Made by a program: the position numbers and the translations under genes
Notes under the pieces: generated by a model
Databases searched by the model: none
What the model saw: only the letters and a program-made list of their open reading frames with translations
What the model was told of the DNA's origin: nothing
In this document: positions 1 to 13,924 of the stretch, piece after piece
Layout: every line of letters begins with the position of its first letter
How positions within the stretch are numbered: the stretch's first letter is position 1
NCBI GenBank assembly: GCA_024679065.1
Contig: JAGIQG010000008.1
Location: forward strand, 40,672,001 to 40,736,000
Direction of reading: 5' to 3'
Length of the DNA stretch: 64,000 nt
Source of the DNA: Sphyrna mokarran
Lineage: Eukaryota

Positions 1-54
1 CATAGTACTGTGCGTAAAGTATTATTGATCCTATTAACAACATTGTAGTAGCTT

Positions 55-108
55 GTTGTCATGACCACATGAAGTAGAAGGGTTGTCATGACCACATGAA
101 GTAGAAGG
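55..108. repeat. 27-bp perfect tandem duplication
   Basis: gttgtcatgaccacatgaagtagaagg at 55-81 and 82-108. Confidence 0.95.
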
Positions 109-337
109 GATGTCATATATTTAAATGGTTGCAGATTGCTTCAAGAGAAGATCACATGATTTGATGGGATGTCATTTGGATATTGCACAGGTTGCTAGTT
201 CAGTTTTGGTTTGTCCTTTGTACAGGCATGAGCCCCCTCAATAAATTTGTTGTTGTTACTTTGAATCTACATGAGCAAACCACATCTTTTTTCTTTTTGT
301 TAAAACCCACAAACCCTAACGTAGTTAGAACATTACA

Positions 338-436
338 AAAATAAATTGCTGGAAAAACTCAACAGGTCTGGCAGCATATGTGGTAATTGAAACAGAGTTA
401 ATGCTTAGAATCCATGTGATACTTCTTTAGAGCTGA
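338..436 (-). mobile_element. Penelope-like pseudo-LTR fragment (family B), degraded
   Basis: tgctggaaaaactcaacaggtctggcagcat...aaacagagttaa matches copies at 33880, 44631 and 56987. Confidence 0.7.
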
Positions 437-439
437 AAT

Positions 440-520
440 GCGATGATCAGCCATGATTGTAATGAATGGGGGATCAAGTTCAAAGAACAAATGGCCTATT
501 CTTGCTTCTATTTTCTATGC
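440..520 (+). mobile_element. CR1 LINE 3' tail fragment
   Basis: atcagccatgatt...gaatgg...aatggcctattcttgcttctattttctatg, the same tail as at 11120-11200 and 38750-38825. Confidence 0.7.
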
Positions 521-1080
521 CAGTATAAAAAGAAAAAGCTCCGTGCAGCCTGACTGGCAGATAGAGTTGAGTATGTGGAGTGTGTGCAGCAAGATAGATC
601 AGGGTTAGTTGGGAGTTCAGGAGAGATTTCAAAATATGTCATGGACACAGACAAAATTGTGTTAAGGCTTAAGAAAAGTGTTAATAGGAGCATAAAGGTC
701 AGATAGCAGAATGTGTATATAGTAGAACAAGGGTTAGGATTTTCTAAAAGAAAAAGTATAAGAAATTACAAACTGGTGTGATGTCATGAGGAGGTTCAGA
801 GAATAAATTGTAAAAAGTTCAAAAGTCACAGAATTCACTCATTCATTGGTGGCCTGATATCATTAATTAAGTGGCCAAGAGCTGGATCCAAATTCAAATT
901 CAAGTTTTAAATGCCATTTCAGTTGAATGTCTGAGTCTTGTTAAACTCAATTTTGTTTGATTAAAAATTAGCCGCCGATTCCCTTTGCATTCAAACAATG
1001 TTTCCTGAATGGCAGTTAGATAATCATGAGGTACACCCATTCAGCTGAGGGCTTCTGAGGTTTGATCCAGTTTCACATCC

Positions 1081-1213
1081 AAAAGCAAAATACTGTAGAT
1101 GATGGAAACCTGAAAAAGGAGCAAAAATGCCACAAAAACTCAGCAGCCCATGCAGCACCTGTGCTGAGGAACAAACTTAGCATTTCAAGTCAATCACCTT
1201 TCATCAGAACTGA
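1081..1213 (-). mobile_element. Penelope-like pseudo-LTR (family B) with decayed hammerhead core
   Basis: Minus strand reads CUGAUGA-A-AGGU-GAUUG-ACUU-GAAA-UGCU (core begins at 1207); the cleavage triplet is mutated. Confidence 0.7.
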
Positions 1214-1227
1214 AAATAGAAATAGAC

Positions 1228-2048
1228 GTATAATTAGGACCAGGATTAGGTCATTTTTAGCCTGCTCCGCATACAGTAAGATCAAGGTTGTTCTGATGGT
1301 AATTTAGCCCTACATTCCTGCCTATCCTTGCTGGCCTTTCACTCCCTAGATTCCTTCCCTCTACCTTAAAAATATTCAAAGATTTTGTTTCCACCGCCTT
1401 TTGAGGATGATAGTTCCAAAAAATCCTCAACCGTCTGACAGGAACAAATTCTCCTCATCTCTGTCCTAAATGGATGACCCTTATTGTAAAGCAACAGCAT
1501 TTCATGCTAGATTTTCCCACCAGAGAATATATCTCTTCCACATCCGCTCTGTCAAGACACCTCAGGATCTTACATGTTTCAATTAAATAGTCTCTTACTC
1601 TTCTAAACTACCACAGTTTATTTTGTCCAATTTTTCCTCATAAGACAACTCCCCTGACTCAGGTATCAGTTTAGTAAATTTTTTCTGAACTGCTTCTTTA
1701 AATAACCCTTCCTTAAGTAAGGAGACTCAATACTGCATGTAGTAGTCCAGATGTGGTCTCACCAAAGCTCTGTATAACTAAAGTATAGCCTCCTATTTGT
1801 GTATTTAACTTCCCTCTCAAAAATTGTAATTTTCTATTAGCTTTCCCCAATTACTTGCTATACCTGTATACTAGTGTCTTGCAGTTTATGCATTAAGACT
1901 TCTTGATCCCTCTGCATCTCTGAGCTCTATAATATCTCACAATTTAGATATGCTTTTTTATTTTTAACACTTTCTTACATTATAATCCATTTTCCAAGTT
2001 TTTGCCCCAGTCTTATTGTGTCCTCTTCACATATCTTTGTGTCATCAG
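1228..2048 (-). mobile_element. CR1 LINE 3' portion, degraded
   Basis: Reverse complement includes ttggtgagaccacatctggactac (LVRPHL.Y-like) and a CR1 3' tail near 1230-1300. Confidence 0.75.
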
Positions 2049-2049
2049 C

Positions 2050-2360
2050 CAGTGGAATGGGGAAGGATGCTAGAAAAACAAAGGATTAGGCTATGATAGG
2101 ATAAAGGCTCGATGATGTTAACAAACAAAATGAAACCGCCAAAGAGAGTGGTAATGTGTCAGTAAAGAAGTAAATATTGTGTCCAAAGGAGGCATGAAGA
2201 AAGAAATAAGACAAGACCAAAATGGCAAAACAAAAAAAACGGCATTCCTCCATCTTGTTCTATATTTTTTTCCACAGACTTCTTTTCGCAGTAATATTAA
2301 CTTTGTTTCTCTCCACAGATACTGCCTGACTGCTACGTTTTCACAGCATGTTCTTATATT
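2050..2360. mobile_element. Penelope-like 3' region/pLTR fragments
   Basis: Purine-rich segment like 46200-46270 and antisense to 57110-57240, followed by ttctctccacagatactgcc (family B pLTR). Confidence 0.5.
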
Positions 2361-3119
2361 AACTTTGCTTTGTCTTTCAAGTTTAGCAAATAAACCTTCA
2401 AAGCTAGCTTCAGGTAATGGAAGCTCAACTTTTTCAAACCTCCCACCTCCAAAATAGTGCAAAAGGTGAAAGGAAAAAACAATTTTAAATTATTAAAAAG
2501 GATCCTGGCTATATTACAACAAAATGAAATACAGTTGAAACAATAAAAATTGGAGAGCATAACTGTAAAAAAAGAGAGACAATGAAACATGTTTAATTTA
2601 TATAATTCTTTATTTCATATTTAATCTGTTGATTTTATAGATTAGGGTTAATATTACAGTAATCAGAAGCACCAACCACCAGCCCCCCCACCCACTACCA
2701 ACCCCTGACAAACTGACTTGACAAGCCCAAGACCTGACTATTCATCCCGATTTGACTCAACTAACTCCTGCCACACTTGCCATCTGACCCACCTGCCAGC
2801 TTAACACCCTACTTACCTTATATCACTCCACCCATTCACTCATTCATTTGCCCGCTCATCCATTCATAGCATTCATACTCTGTTCAAATGTACCGTGTTA
2901 GTGCCATAAAAGGGGGCATGGCTTTTCTCCCCCCAAATCTACAATGAGCCAGTGGAGTTTTTTGAAGGATGCTGGAAAAGCCTGGTTTGGACAACCCAGC
3001 AAGAAATGTAGAGGAATATTTGAGTAGGGGGAAAGAGGGGTAGTTTGAGCAGATTGACGCTGATTGCCACTCCTCAGAAGGTCCGGTCAATGTATGCATA
3101 TAGTAACTCTCAGAACTTT

Positions 3120-3382
3120 TCAACATGCTTTACAATAAGTGGGTACTTTTTGAAGCGTAGACACTGCTGTTGTTGTAGACATGTAGCAGCTAAATTTGCA
3201 CACTGAGAAGGCCCGAAAGCAATAACAGAATGAATAGCCAGCTTTATTTATTTTTGCATGGCATTCAGGGCAAGCTGTTTGCCAGGGCAGTGTCCCCAAC
3301 ACCACTTTGAATACAGAAGAGACCTTTTTTGTTCATCTGATCAGACTGATTGTTAAAAACGGCACCCGCAGCAGTGCAGCAA
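3120..3382 (-). mobile_element. Deu-domain SINE (SacSINE/AmnSINE-like), old
   Basis: tactttttgaagcgtag...aaatttgcaca...gccaggg...tttgaata...gcagtgcagca is colinear with the copy at 22147-22450. Confidence 0.5.
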
Positions 3383-4251
3383 TTAATGTAATGAGTATTT
3401 GTTAGTTTCTGTTTTAACACGAAATTTTCTTAAAATGGCTCCCAAATATAGACTGCCAGAAGTTACAAATATACTTATGTGGAGAATACTGAGACAGATG
3501 GCAGTTATTTTAGAATCGAGGGCTTGAGATGATGTCATAAATGAACCATGACTGATATTTTGAGTGGAAACCTCATGCACCTCTGAGATGAAATTATTTT
3601 TTCTGGAATCTCTTTAATTCTTCCAATATTAGTGGCTTAGCAAATTATTTCTGCGTTGGGAAGTCAAAACCAAATGTAATCTTCAGATTAAGTCAGGTTA
3701 GAGTCCAGAGAATAATTGGACAGGGGCATGCGGATATAATTCAGATCTGTTTTCAAGTCATTCTTTCTGTCTCTTTTTCAATTATAAACACATATGTTTA
3801 AATTTGTATTTGTAACTGCCAGAGTAAATGTGCCACTCTGCAATCTCACAATTTTACCAGTGGTGACACTATACTGATTCCACAAAGATATAATTATCAT
3901 ATTACAAATTTTCATAGATAATATTTATGTGAATATAAGAATTTATGGAAAGATTGTCAAGAAGCATGAACAAATACATAGTTTTGTATATTATAGCCAC
4001 ATAACAGTATTAATTTTAACAGAAAATTGATATATTAGTATTACATACTGTTGTGTGAAAAGGATTGTTTTTCTATTCTTACTGTTGATGTCATGATAGA
4101 TGGCAGCTGTGACAATCTAAAGTTGTTACTTGATAATGTGTCACTGAAATGATAAAAGTAAGAAGTAATCACAACCAGATTGGAGTTGAATTTGCATCAG
4201 ATTATTGAGAAATAACATTAAAATGTAATCATTACTATGTAGTATATGTAC

Positions 4252-4537
4252 GAACTCAGTAAGAATTTAGCAACACCAATTTATAATCCAACCGATTTAT
4301 TTGATAGTAAAAAAGCGAGCTTTCGACTCTTGTGTCTTCAGGCAAATGCAGTGTTCTGGTCTGCAATAGCACACATCAGCAATTTGCAGACCAGAACACT
4401 GCATTTGCCTGAAGAAGACACAAGAGTCGAAAGCTCGCTTTTTTACTATCAAATAAATTGGTTGGATTATAAATTGGTGTTGCTAAATTCTTACTGAGTT
4501 CTTACCACCCCAATCCAACGCCGGCATCTGTACATCA
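4252..4537. mobile_element. Non-autonomous head-to-head PLE pseudo-LTR element (family A) with 12-bp TSD
   Basis: Inverted arms 4252-4366 and 4384-4501 (one mismatch, one 3-nt indel); 17-nt spacer; tail ccccaatccaacgccggcatctgtacatca; flanks tagtatatgtac (4240-4251) and tagtaaatgtac (4538-4549). Confidence 0.9.
4403..4438 (+). ncRNA. Minimal type-I hammerhead ribozyme motif
   Basis: CUGAAGA(4409-4415)-A-GAC-ACAAGA-GUC-GAAA-GCUC; stem I is only 2 bp in this subfamily. Confidence 0.6.
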
Positions 4538-7500
4538 TAGTAAATGTACATCATTGAAGTAATTCAATCTTGTCCATTGTTTTAACTGATCACTATAACA
4601 GATTTACACAATGATACCTTGTGTAAATCTGTAGAAAGATGTTGTCTTCTCTGACAACTCTCATTTCCATGGAAGAAATTGCAACTTAATTTCCCCAAAA
4701 TGTTCAATCTTTTTGCAGAAGAAATATAAACTACTTAATGTTCATATGGTATTGTGTTAGTAACAGTTAATTGTTTGTATATACACATTAAATAGTTCAT
4801 CCTAGCAACCTTTTACATAGCACTTGCTATTCTAATAAATGCTTAAAATAGTGAAGAAACATTGGTGAAGTTTCAATGAGTCTGTTCGAAATAGAATGAT
4901 TCTGTACAATTAACCTGGGAGGGGGTAGGTGATAGTGGATGAGAAAGCTTTCAGATAAACTAATTTGCGTAAAAGTGCACTTACCCATAAATCCTAGCTG
5001 TTAATACTTCATGTTATTCTTCTGAAATACTTAAAATAACTGACAGTCACTTTTAAAACAATTTGGCATGTGTTGAGACCTTACTGAATGAAAGAGTTCA
5101 ATAAAATTCTTCTTTACCTTTGACAGTTAAAACCTTACAATAAGGCTCATTTGCATGTGGGCGAGACTGCTATTTTGTGCTGCTTTTTTTAAATTGAGGT
5201 TTTTGTTTTCAGCCTCCAATGGCAGATATTTACATAAAACAAGGAATCCCTTGTATTCCGTTGTGTTTTAGAAACATTTAACAAGTCAGACCACATTTTT
5301 ATTGATGTTTTACAGACCAAAATGGCTACCAACAGCTTAATTTCACAGAAAGAAGAAACATCATTTGAGGCTTGAAGACTGCAGGGAATGTTTTTGTGCA
5401 AAAGATATCAAATTAGATAATGTAAGCAAGACAGAGTTTGAAATAATTATTGTAGTTTTCTTTCAGTTTTCTGCTTGGCAAGTTTGAGTTGTGGGGCAGA
5501 ATTGTCCAAGTATCCAGCTGACTCTGTCTGGAATAAAGCCATTGTTGAACAATGAAGCTGTTTGTAATTGCTTGGCTCTGTGGCTGTAAATTATTGGGTT
5601 CTTTAATTATATATTTAAATGTCATTATAACCATAAGGCCACCACTTCCTAAAACAAAAAAAGTGTTCAGCTAGAGATACCCTAGTGTTAGTGTCAATTT
5701 CAGCATATTAAGTAACCACAGGTAAGCACCTTACCTCTTTGTGTGCTGCCAGTCTTCTGTTTATTGAAAGAACCCTGGGTTAACAGATTAGCAATGTTCA
5801 AATAAAATCAAAAGAAGGTATCAGTGAAACACATATCATTGATACTTTCAGATACATACAAATGCAGAGATAAGTTGAATATTTTGTCCAAATCTGGGGA
5901 AAAGGTGGGGGGGGGGAGAATGTTTTATATGTAATGGTATTGAACATCTGTGTGCCGTTTATCATTAATGAGCTAACACAACACAAAATCCAGTCTCATT
6001 GTGTCTGTTGTCAGCCAGCTTGAATATTATGCTTCAGTTGTTTTTGAAGCCTAATTTCAAGCTGCAAGCTGTTCACTTGTAGGACAGAATTGTTAGGGTT
6101 ATCAGCCTACATTTAGGAGCTTATTTGGTGACAGCTTGCCATTCGTATGTATAAATATCAGTATAAAAAAAGACTTCTCTAAAACCAGGGAAAATAAATA
6201 ATAGATTGTCATGGAAAATTAATATGAGACATTTAATTTGTGCCCAAACCTGAAATATAATTTACAATTCGATTGATAGTGATAATGCCTTTTTAAATAT
6301 ACATGTAATATTAACCCAAAATAAACTAAAATTCTATATGAGGGGGGAGAAAGATTAGCAGCATTTTGTCCCGTATAGGAAAAATAAAGCTTTAATTTGC
6401 AGGTAATCAGGCATAGAAAGATGACGGTCAATATGCCTAGGTAATCATTTTGATTGGTGGCGATTTCCACCATTTTGCCTGTATTTGATTGAGTAATATA
6501 GTGTTTTTATCCTTATGTTAAGGAAGGCAAGAAAACTTGAATTTTGAGGTTTATGCAGATTTGTACTCTGAAAAGTTTTAGAATTGGAGTGATGGTAGTG
6601 GTTACAGAGTTCAGCAGCATCCAAACTGATTATCAGAAATTACAGAAGTCAGATCTGTCTACACTGATGTTTGTTTAATTGTTGGTAAGATGACAAGAGC
6701 ACAATAGGAATGTGATTTAAGTAATAAATCTTCCAATTTGTTTGTAAATAGACATTTGCATCTAATCTATGTCAGGCTTTGATCAGCCAGAGGGGACATT
6801 TTCAATTTTGCAGGAAGGAATAGATGTCTTCATTGCTAACAAGTCTCATTCTGTTCTATGGCTTGTCCAATTGAGAATAACCAAACCCATCTTCTTCAAA
6901 TGTTGCAGGTATTAGGGAGGAATTGGCTTCATGAGAAACCATTTGGACACAACCCCTGTAAAACTAGTAATTCATAACCAGAAGGTTATAGGAATAGTTC
7001 CCAAGACTACTGTCATGACTTCACTCAATTATTCATGATTCAACTGAACTGTTACATGGGAATGGCATGAAAATAATTTAAGGAAAGGAAGATTCCGCAT
7101 GACTAGCTTCGATCCTCAATGGCAAATCATAGAACTGGACTGATGTGGTAACAGTGAGGTCCACAGCTGGTTGACGAATGTAAGGGAGCAAATAGTCTGC
7201 AAGGACAAAAATATGGATGATGATAAATTTTCAAAACAATGGGAAAAGATTTTTTGGAATATAAGCATAAATAATAAATATCAAATACATGTTTTGCCAG
7301 GAAATAAGATGTTAAACGATTAATTCCCAAGGAATGAATTTCATGCTTAGTATAGAGCGAACATATTACAAATTAATTCCCATGATTATTCAGTTGCCAT
7401 AATCTTGTAAAATGATGATTCATTATACTGGCAAATGCCATTTTGATTTAAATTAGACTTACATAAATCACATTAAAAAATTGATGATCTTTGCTATGTT

Positions 7501-8850
7501 TGAATTTTATTCTATCTTTAAGCTGCATGTTTCTTGGGGTTTGAGTTGTGCCATGGGTTGATTCACCTTGGAACCTGGCTTTAAGAAAATACCATTTGCA
7601 TTGACTGAGTTATATTGGAAATTTAATACAAGCTGTAGCTACTTAACTAAAGTCTGTAGTCCTGATGGTCTTTGATCCTTTTAATTGGTGAAAATGGTAT
7701 ATTTTACAGTGGTGACTAAAAGTTTTACAGAATGTGACAATTTGTGAAAAGTCAGAATCATTGGCCTCAGATTTCTAAAGCTAAAAAGTGGCGTATTTAA
7801 TTTTGAAGGCTTGTATGTGAAGAATGCCATTTTATTATATTCAGATTGTGTTGGTAAATGGGCATGTGAACCACATGGGCATGTTTGTTGTGTTATGTAT
7901 TGCATGCTAAAGGTAAGAAATTATATTTCCTCTCAGCAATGCTCTTACTTAGATTTTGCAACAAAATAGAAAAGTCAACTGCATCATTATAGGTTTTATA
8001 TAATTAAGAATATATTTCCCTCTCCAAGCAATGTTTATGTTGTACTTAATAGAAAATGCTGGAAATAAGCAATGAATTTGTCAAGATTTAAACAAAAAGA
8101 TTACTATTTTAGGAGGAGTCCATCATCAGAACTCAGGAATTATAACATCATGAATTGCAAATGCTTGCTTGACAGGAAGTTTGTAACTAACTGTGCTGAT
8201 TACTTCACAGTTATTAATCTGTCAATGTGAATGTCATTGCATATTAATGAGACATGGCCTTTAGTTTTCCACTTACATACAGTGTTAGTATAGACCCTTG
8301 TAACACAAACCCTCATATATTCACACTGCATTAACAGATATCCCAGTAGTGATTTCAAGGGTAAATTCCACTTTGAAGTTCTAGGCCAGTTAAATTTGTT
8401 GTGTAGTCACAGTTTATGACATCATCTAAATGCATCAATGTATTTGCTGACATGTAGTCATTTCTTGATTTGCAATAATTTCTTCCTGAGTACCTAAGTT
8501 GACTTAAGTATTAAGCGATAGGATTTTTGTACTGTTCTTGAAAAGTACTAATCATAGTGGTCCATTTTGTAAATGTCTGCAGTGTTTGAGGAATCATCAA
8601 CATCAAGCCCTACTTTTCAGATATGTAGAACATACTAGAGGCTAACATTTAATTCAGTGCATTTGCCAGTTGAAGAATTCAGATCATCCTAGGACTAAGA
8701 ATGGTACCAAAGTGGTTTAAAATTGTCATTTGAAATTGATTTTAATATTGTCATTTACTACCAGTTAGCTGCAACGTTATCTGTAATTTGCAAACAACTG
8801 TTATGGCTCTGCTTACAGTTGCCTATCGTTGATTAAATATTTGAAGTATC

Positions 8851-8910
8851 CGGTGCAGACTCGATGGGCTGAATGGCCTCTTTCTGCGCTGTAGAATTCT
8901 ATGACTCTAT
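8851..8910 (+). mobile_element. HE1-type SINE 3' end
   Basis: cggtgcagactcgatgggctgaatggcctctttctgcgctgtagaattctatgactctat, as at 43125-43180. Confidence 0.8.
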
Positions 8911-10380
8911 CATCTGCAATTCATTGACTAGTAATTTACAACTGGCTGTAAAATTACCTGCAATTCACAACTAGACATTGGTTACACTAGGCTACAATTC
9001 ATCTACATCCAGCTTCAATGTTACCTGTAGATCATAGACACCAATTGCAACATATATAATTTGTTCACAGCATATTTATATTATTTCTTTTTATAACATT
9101 TGCAAGACACAACAATTTTATTCAATGACAGGTTCCACTAAAGCTACCTTGACAATGGGTCTTTGTATAAATTACAGCAGATATGTGGATGACACATAAG
9201 ATTGTTCTGATGACAAATTACAGAATTACTATTTACTACAAAAACTTACTTTTTCAGATATTTTGCCAATTGCCTTTATGTTTCTTTCTGCACATTCTCT
9301 CTTCTGTATTTGGATATAAGAAAGGTTATTTTTTGCATCCGAGAAGAGGTTTCCCAGCCAGCATGTAGCCTGCTGTTTGCTCCAGGTATCACATATGGTG
9401 AATGCAGTTCAACAGGGCAGATGTCAATGATCTCATACAATCATGTAAGAAGATTATTGAAACAGTGAGAGGGCAGTGGAAGCTTTTTGAGCACATAGTA
9501 CCCTGTTCACAGGTGAGAGAAGAATAAAGGAGCTGAATAAAGGAAACCCAATCTGTTAGTTATACCAATTGAGGTAATCAGAAACAATTATGGGGTATTA
9601 TTACAAACCCTCACCACTGAGGAACTAATGAAGACACAATTATTAGGAACCTGGAGGCAGGCCTAATGAAGCAGAGGTAAATCACCTGAGTTGTAATTAA
9701 TACTCAGTAGTAAATAAATAACAAGCTTACCTTTACTATGGTATTGCAATTAATGATTACTAAAAATACCAGTGTTGAAGGAAGCAAATAAGAAATAATT
9801 GCACTATAATGTTCGCACAATATCTGTGTGAGATATTGTTGGGCAAATGTTAAGTCCGAATGGCTCACGAGTAGATTAGCAAACTGTAGTTAGAAAATAG
9901 ATTTAAATTGAACAATTAGTTTAAATACAAGCATAATCACAAAAATGTTGCCATCACCATCTTAAAGAGGCCTGGAAACAGTAAAATTGATTTTTTTTTT
10001 GTTTAATACAAAATTGAATTTATTTCAAACAAATGTATTTTAGTTAGAGATCATTGTTGATGTAATGATTCCAGTGGGGGAAAAAAGATAGGGCATTGAT
10101 GCTGTGCCAAAGCAGTGAGATTGTGTTTAATTTCCCTCAAGATGATTTTGTTACTAAACTCTACCATGCTGGAGAAATAGCAGACAAGTTACACCTCAAA
10201 TAATGCTCACTTGTGCCAGTTTTGCCGATGTCAATTGATACATATATTACCTGCCAGTCGCATTAGTATAAGTAACATAAAATTTCATAAACAAGCAGAA
10301 TTCCGCAGAAATATTTAGGGCCAGAGAAAAGTATGAAACACGCACTATATATACCTTCTATATTTAAATTTCAAGCAATA

Positions 10381-11200
10381 TTTAAGTGAGTGGGCGAGAG
10401 TCTGGAAGAGTACAATGTTGGTAAATCTTGAGGTCATCCATTTTGGTAAGAAAATGGACTATTATTTAAATGGTAAAATTGCAGCATGTTGTTGTGCAGA
10501 GGGACCTGGGTGTCCTTGTTCATGAATCGCAAAAAGTTGGTTCACGGGCACAGCAGATAATTAAGAAGGCAAATGGAATTTTGTTCTTCATTGCTAGAGG
10601 GATGGAGTTTAAAACTGGGAGGTTATGTTGCAATATAAGGTGCTGGTGAGGCCACACCTGGAGTAATGTGTATAGTTTTGGTCTCCTTACTTGAGAACAG
10701 ATATATTGACACTGGACGGAGTGCAGAGGAGATTCACTACGTTAATACTGGAGTTGGGGGAGTTGGCTTACGAGAAGAGAAACTGGGACAATGCTTATTG
10801 GAATTTAGAAAAATTAAGGGGGGGATCTTAAAGAAACATATAAAATTATGAAGGAAATAGATGAGATAGAAGCAGGGAGGTTGTTTTCACTGGTAGGTAA
10901 AACCAGAGCTAGGGGGTATAGCCTCAAAATAAGGGGGAGCAGATTTAGGACTGAGTTGAGAAGGACCTTCATCACTCAAAAGATTGTGAATCTGTAAAAT
11001 TCTCTGCCCACTTGAGGCTATCTCATTGAATGTTTTTAAAGCAAAGATAGATTTTTGAATAGTAAATGAATTAAGGATTATGGTGACTGGGAGGCTAAGT
11101 GGAGCTGAGTCCATGAAAAGATCAGCCATTTCTTATTGAATGGCGGAGCAGGCTTGAGGGACCAAATGGTCTACTCCTGCACCTAATTATTATGTTATAT
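10381..11200 (+). mobile_element. CR1 LINE 3' portion
   Basis: tataaggtgctggtgaggccacacctggagta (YKVLVRPHLE) and a CR1 3' UTR tail. Confidence 0.9.
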
Positions 11201-11879
11201 TGGAATACATTAAATCAATTCTTGATAAATCACAGTTGATAACTTTTAAAATATATTTTTTGCTGTCTCTGCACCCAAAAGAAGCAATTAATTTTTAAAG
11301 CCTTCCTGAAGTTCTAGAAACGAGTCTAATTAGTGAACTGTCCAATGATGATTAATTTATCATGGGAGCATAACCCTTCCTCTGTGTCTTTAAGATTAGC
11401 ACAAACAAACACGGAAACTTAAGTTGTGCTGAATGCAAATTGTGCTTAAGTTTCTGCAATCTTTTGTTGATTCTGCTCAGCTAATTTTGGTTGAAAGAAA
11501 TACAATGCAATGAGTTGAAACTCCAAGGCAGCAAATTTAAGAATATGGGAGCTGTGATTTATTTAAAGTGACTCATGCTGAAAATGTAAAATGCATTCAC
11601 AGAAATAGAAAATGCAGATCCAGTCTCAATTTAGATAAATTTTTAAATTGCTTAAAAAGGACAATTTAAAAAATAATTACTTTATTTCTACTAAGTCAAA
11701 GATGATGGTATAATTTTACACCATTCGGAAACAGCGTTATTGCAGGAAATTAATTAATAAAACAGCATTTTGTAGGAAGGAAGAAGAAAGAGGAAATCAG
11801 ATATATATAAGATTCTGTTGCCAGAATTTTTTAGCATGTTAAGTAGTGTATATTCCTTAACTGTTAAGACACTGAATAC

Positions 11880-12038
11880 TATCTCTTACCAGGTCATTCA
11901 TTAGTTTGCATTTGTGGATGCTTTGCGAACTTTAGCTCCATGTTTGCCTGTATATCACTTTGGCACAACTTCAAAAGTAATCCATTTACTGTGGCTCTCA
12001 AAAAGATGTGAAAAGATGCTGTAAAAATCCAAGTCTTA
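11880..12038 (+). mobile_element. Deu-SINE 3' part, old
   Basis: caacttcaaaagta...gatgtgaaaagatgctgtaaaaatccaagtctt is antisense to 22147-22260. Confidence 0.45.
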
Positions 12039-13924
12039 GCATCTCATCACAAACTGGATTTGGTGATCTGAAAATGTAAAAGCTGATGCTTTGTTCCCAG
12101 GTGTGCCACTATGATCGTTGGTTCCCTTATGTGAGTGAAATTCAAAGGATTATTTTGGCCTGGTGTCCAACATTATTACAGTCCACAAAATGAAATTATT
12201 GCAGCTGAGAAAGATAAGAAATTAAACATATTAATGTTCCTGAAATTCACAGTCTGATGGCATGAACACAGCATACTGAACAGATGAAAAATTAGTCCAA
12301 ACTGGAGTAGCATCATGGAGAAAGAGTTGGTAGAAGAAGTGACTGAGTTCAATCATGGCAAGAAATCTCTTTTTAAAAGAGGGACAGGAGTAACAAACGT
12401 GAAACTTATTTTTGGTTCATTGTCAGTAGTGGATAATCACTTTTTGAACAGTCATTGAGTGTTAATAAAGGTGTTGCTGTCTCTTTAATGCAGGTCATTA
12501 ATGATTGGACTCATTCTTTAAGGATAATCATTATGGGCAAAAAAATGATTAGGGCTCAAAAATGGTCCAAATCCTTCTAAGGGTAAGATATTCTATTTGA
12601 AATGGGTCTGCGCACAGTTTTGCCAAGACATTCCCTTTGAAAGGAGCCAAAACAGTGAAAAATAATTTCATTTTGTGTACATGATTTGTAGACTGCTTTT
12701 ATTTTAATAGTATTTTATTCTTTCTCGCTGAGCATTGTATTTCATTTTTTCTTTTAAACTTCTTACTGATTTGCACACAACCTGAATCACCTATTTGTTT
12801 ACATTTACATCATACATTGCTGATTGATATCATTAATAACAATAAACTCTATACCTGATTAGTCATCTGTGTTTAGTGGTTAGCCACATACTCTTGAAAG
12901 CGCAAAGTGGGTCATCATCTTTATTACTGTGAAGTTACAAAAGGACATAGCTCTGAGGTTATTGAACAGCTGCTGGTGTGCTGCTTCTATTTTACAGACC
13001 ACTGTGCTGTTTAAAAAGCTGTCTTTAAATTCTTCATATTGTCAGCCAGACATGAGAGTATTATCTGTTTTTGTTTTGTTGAGAAAGCAAAGGGAAGAGT
13101 TAAAGTTCCTGATGTAAGATATCCATAAGATTGATGAGAGCTACAGACTGAGATTTACCCTGTGACAGTGATTATGTAACATCAAGTCTGAAAACTTGAA
13201 GGGGTAAAACAAAAATTCCATATTTAGGTGAGAATTAGTTCAGCATTAGAGGCAGTTTGATGACTTGATTTTAACATAATGGGAGAGGGAGGATAAGTAG
13301 CTCCTATCTGAAATGCTCTTTGAAAACTCCTGTGCTGCACTGTACTCGGTATTATCACATTTCCAGAATATTTACAATTCATAAGGTTTCATTGCCATTT
13401 AAGTCATGCAATTTTTGCTTAATTAGGAAATGTAGTAGTAACAACAACAAAAAAATTCCATATTATATTGAACTGGTTAAATTCTAAACGTATTAGCATT
13501 TGCTGCTGATTACACAGAAGGCTTGCTTTTAAGCTTATGTAAAATGCTACAAAACATTGAAAAGAAAGAAAATAATTCCGTCAGTTGTTGTTCATGGCAG
13601 TGTTGAGATGGTCTTTCCCTTCTGTGGAACTGTGAAGTTTTGGACAGAATTCATTCCTTCAATTCTTTGGTTGCGGATGTGCTGGCAGGAAGGAAGTCAA
13701 ATAGCCCGTTGTTTTGTCTTTTCCTGGTTCCAGGTACATTAAGTGCATCACTCATTTTTCTTGGCAGCTGTCTGCCAGATTCTCTGTTTTACAAATAAAT
13801 TACTGGAGTGTAAGGGCGAACAGGCTGCACTAAAATTGAAATATAAATAAAAATAAGATATTTAACTTTAGAATGGGACTGTGTTAAATCGACAGACTCC
13901 TACTTCTGTTTTCTGGCTTCCTAC

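Noticed and set aside
4246-4497. Similar peptides across ORFs at 4246, 50172, 58096 and 58219 (QPIYLIV, QANAV) as a small protein family
   Set aside because: They are incidental translations of the shared non-coding pseudo-LTR.
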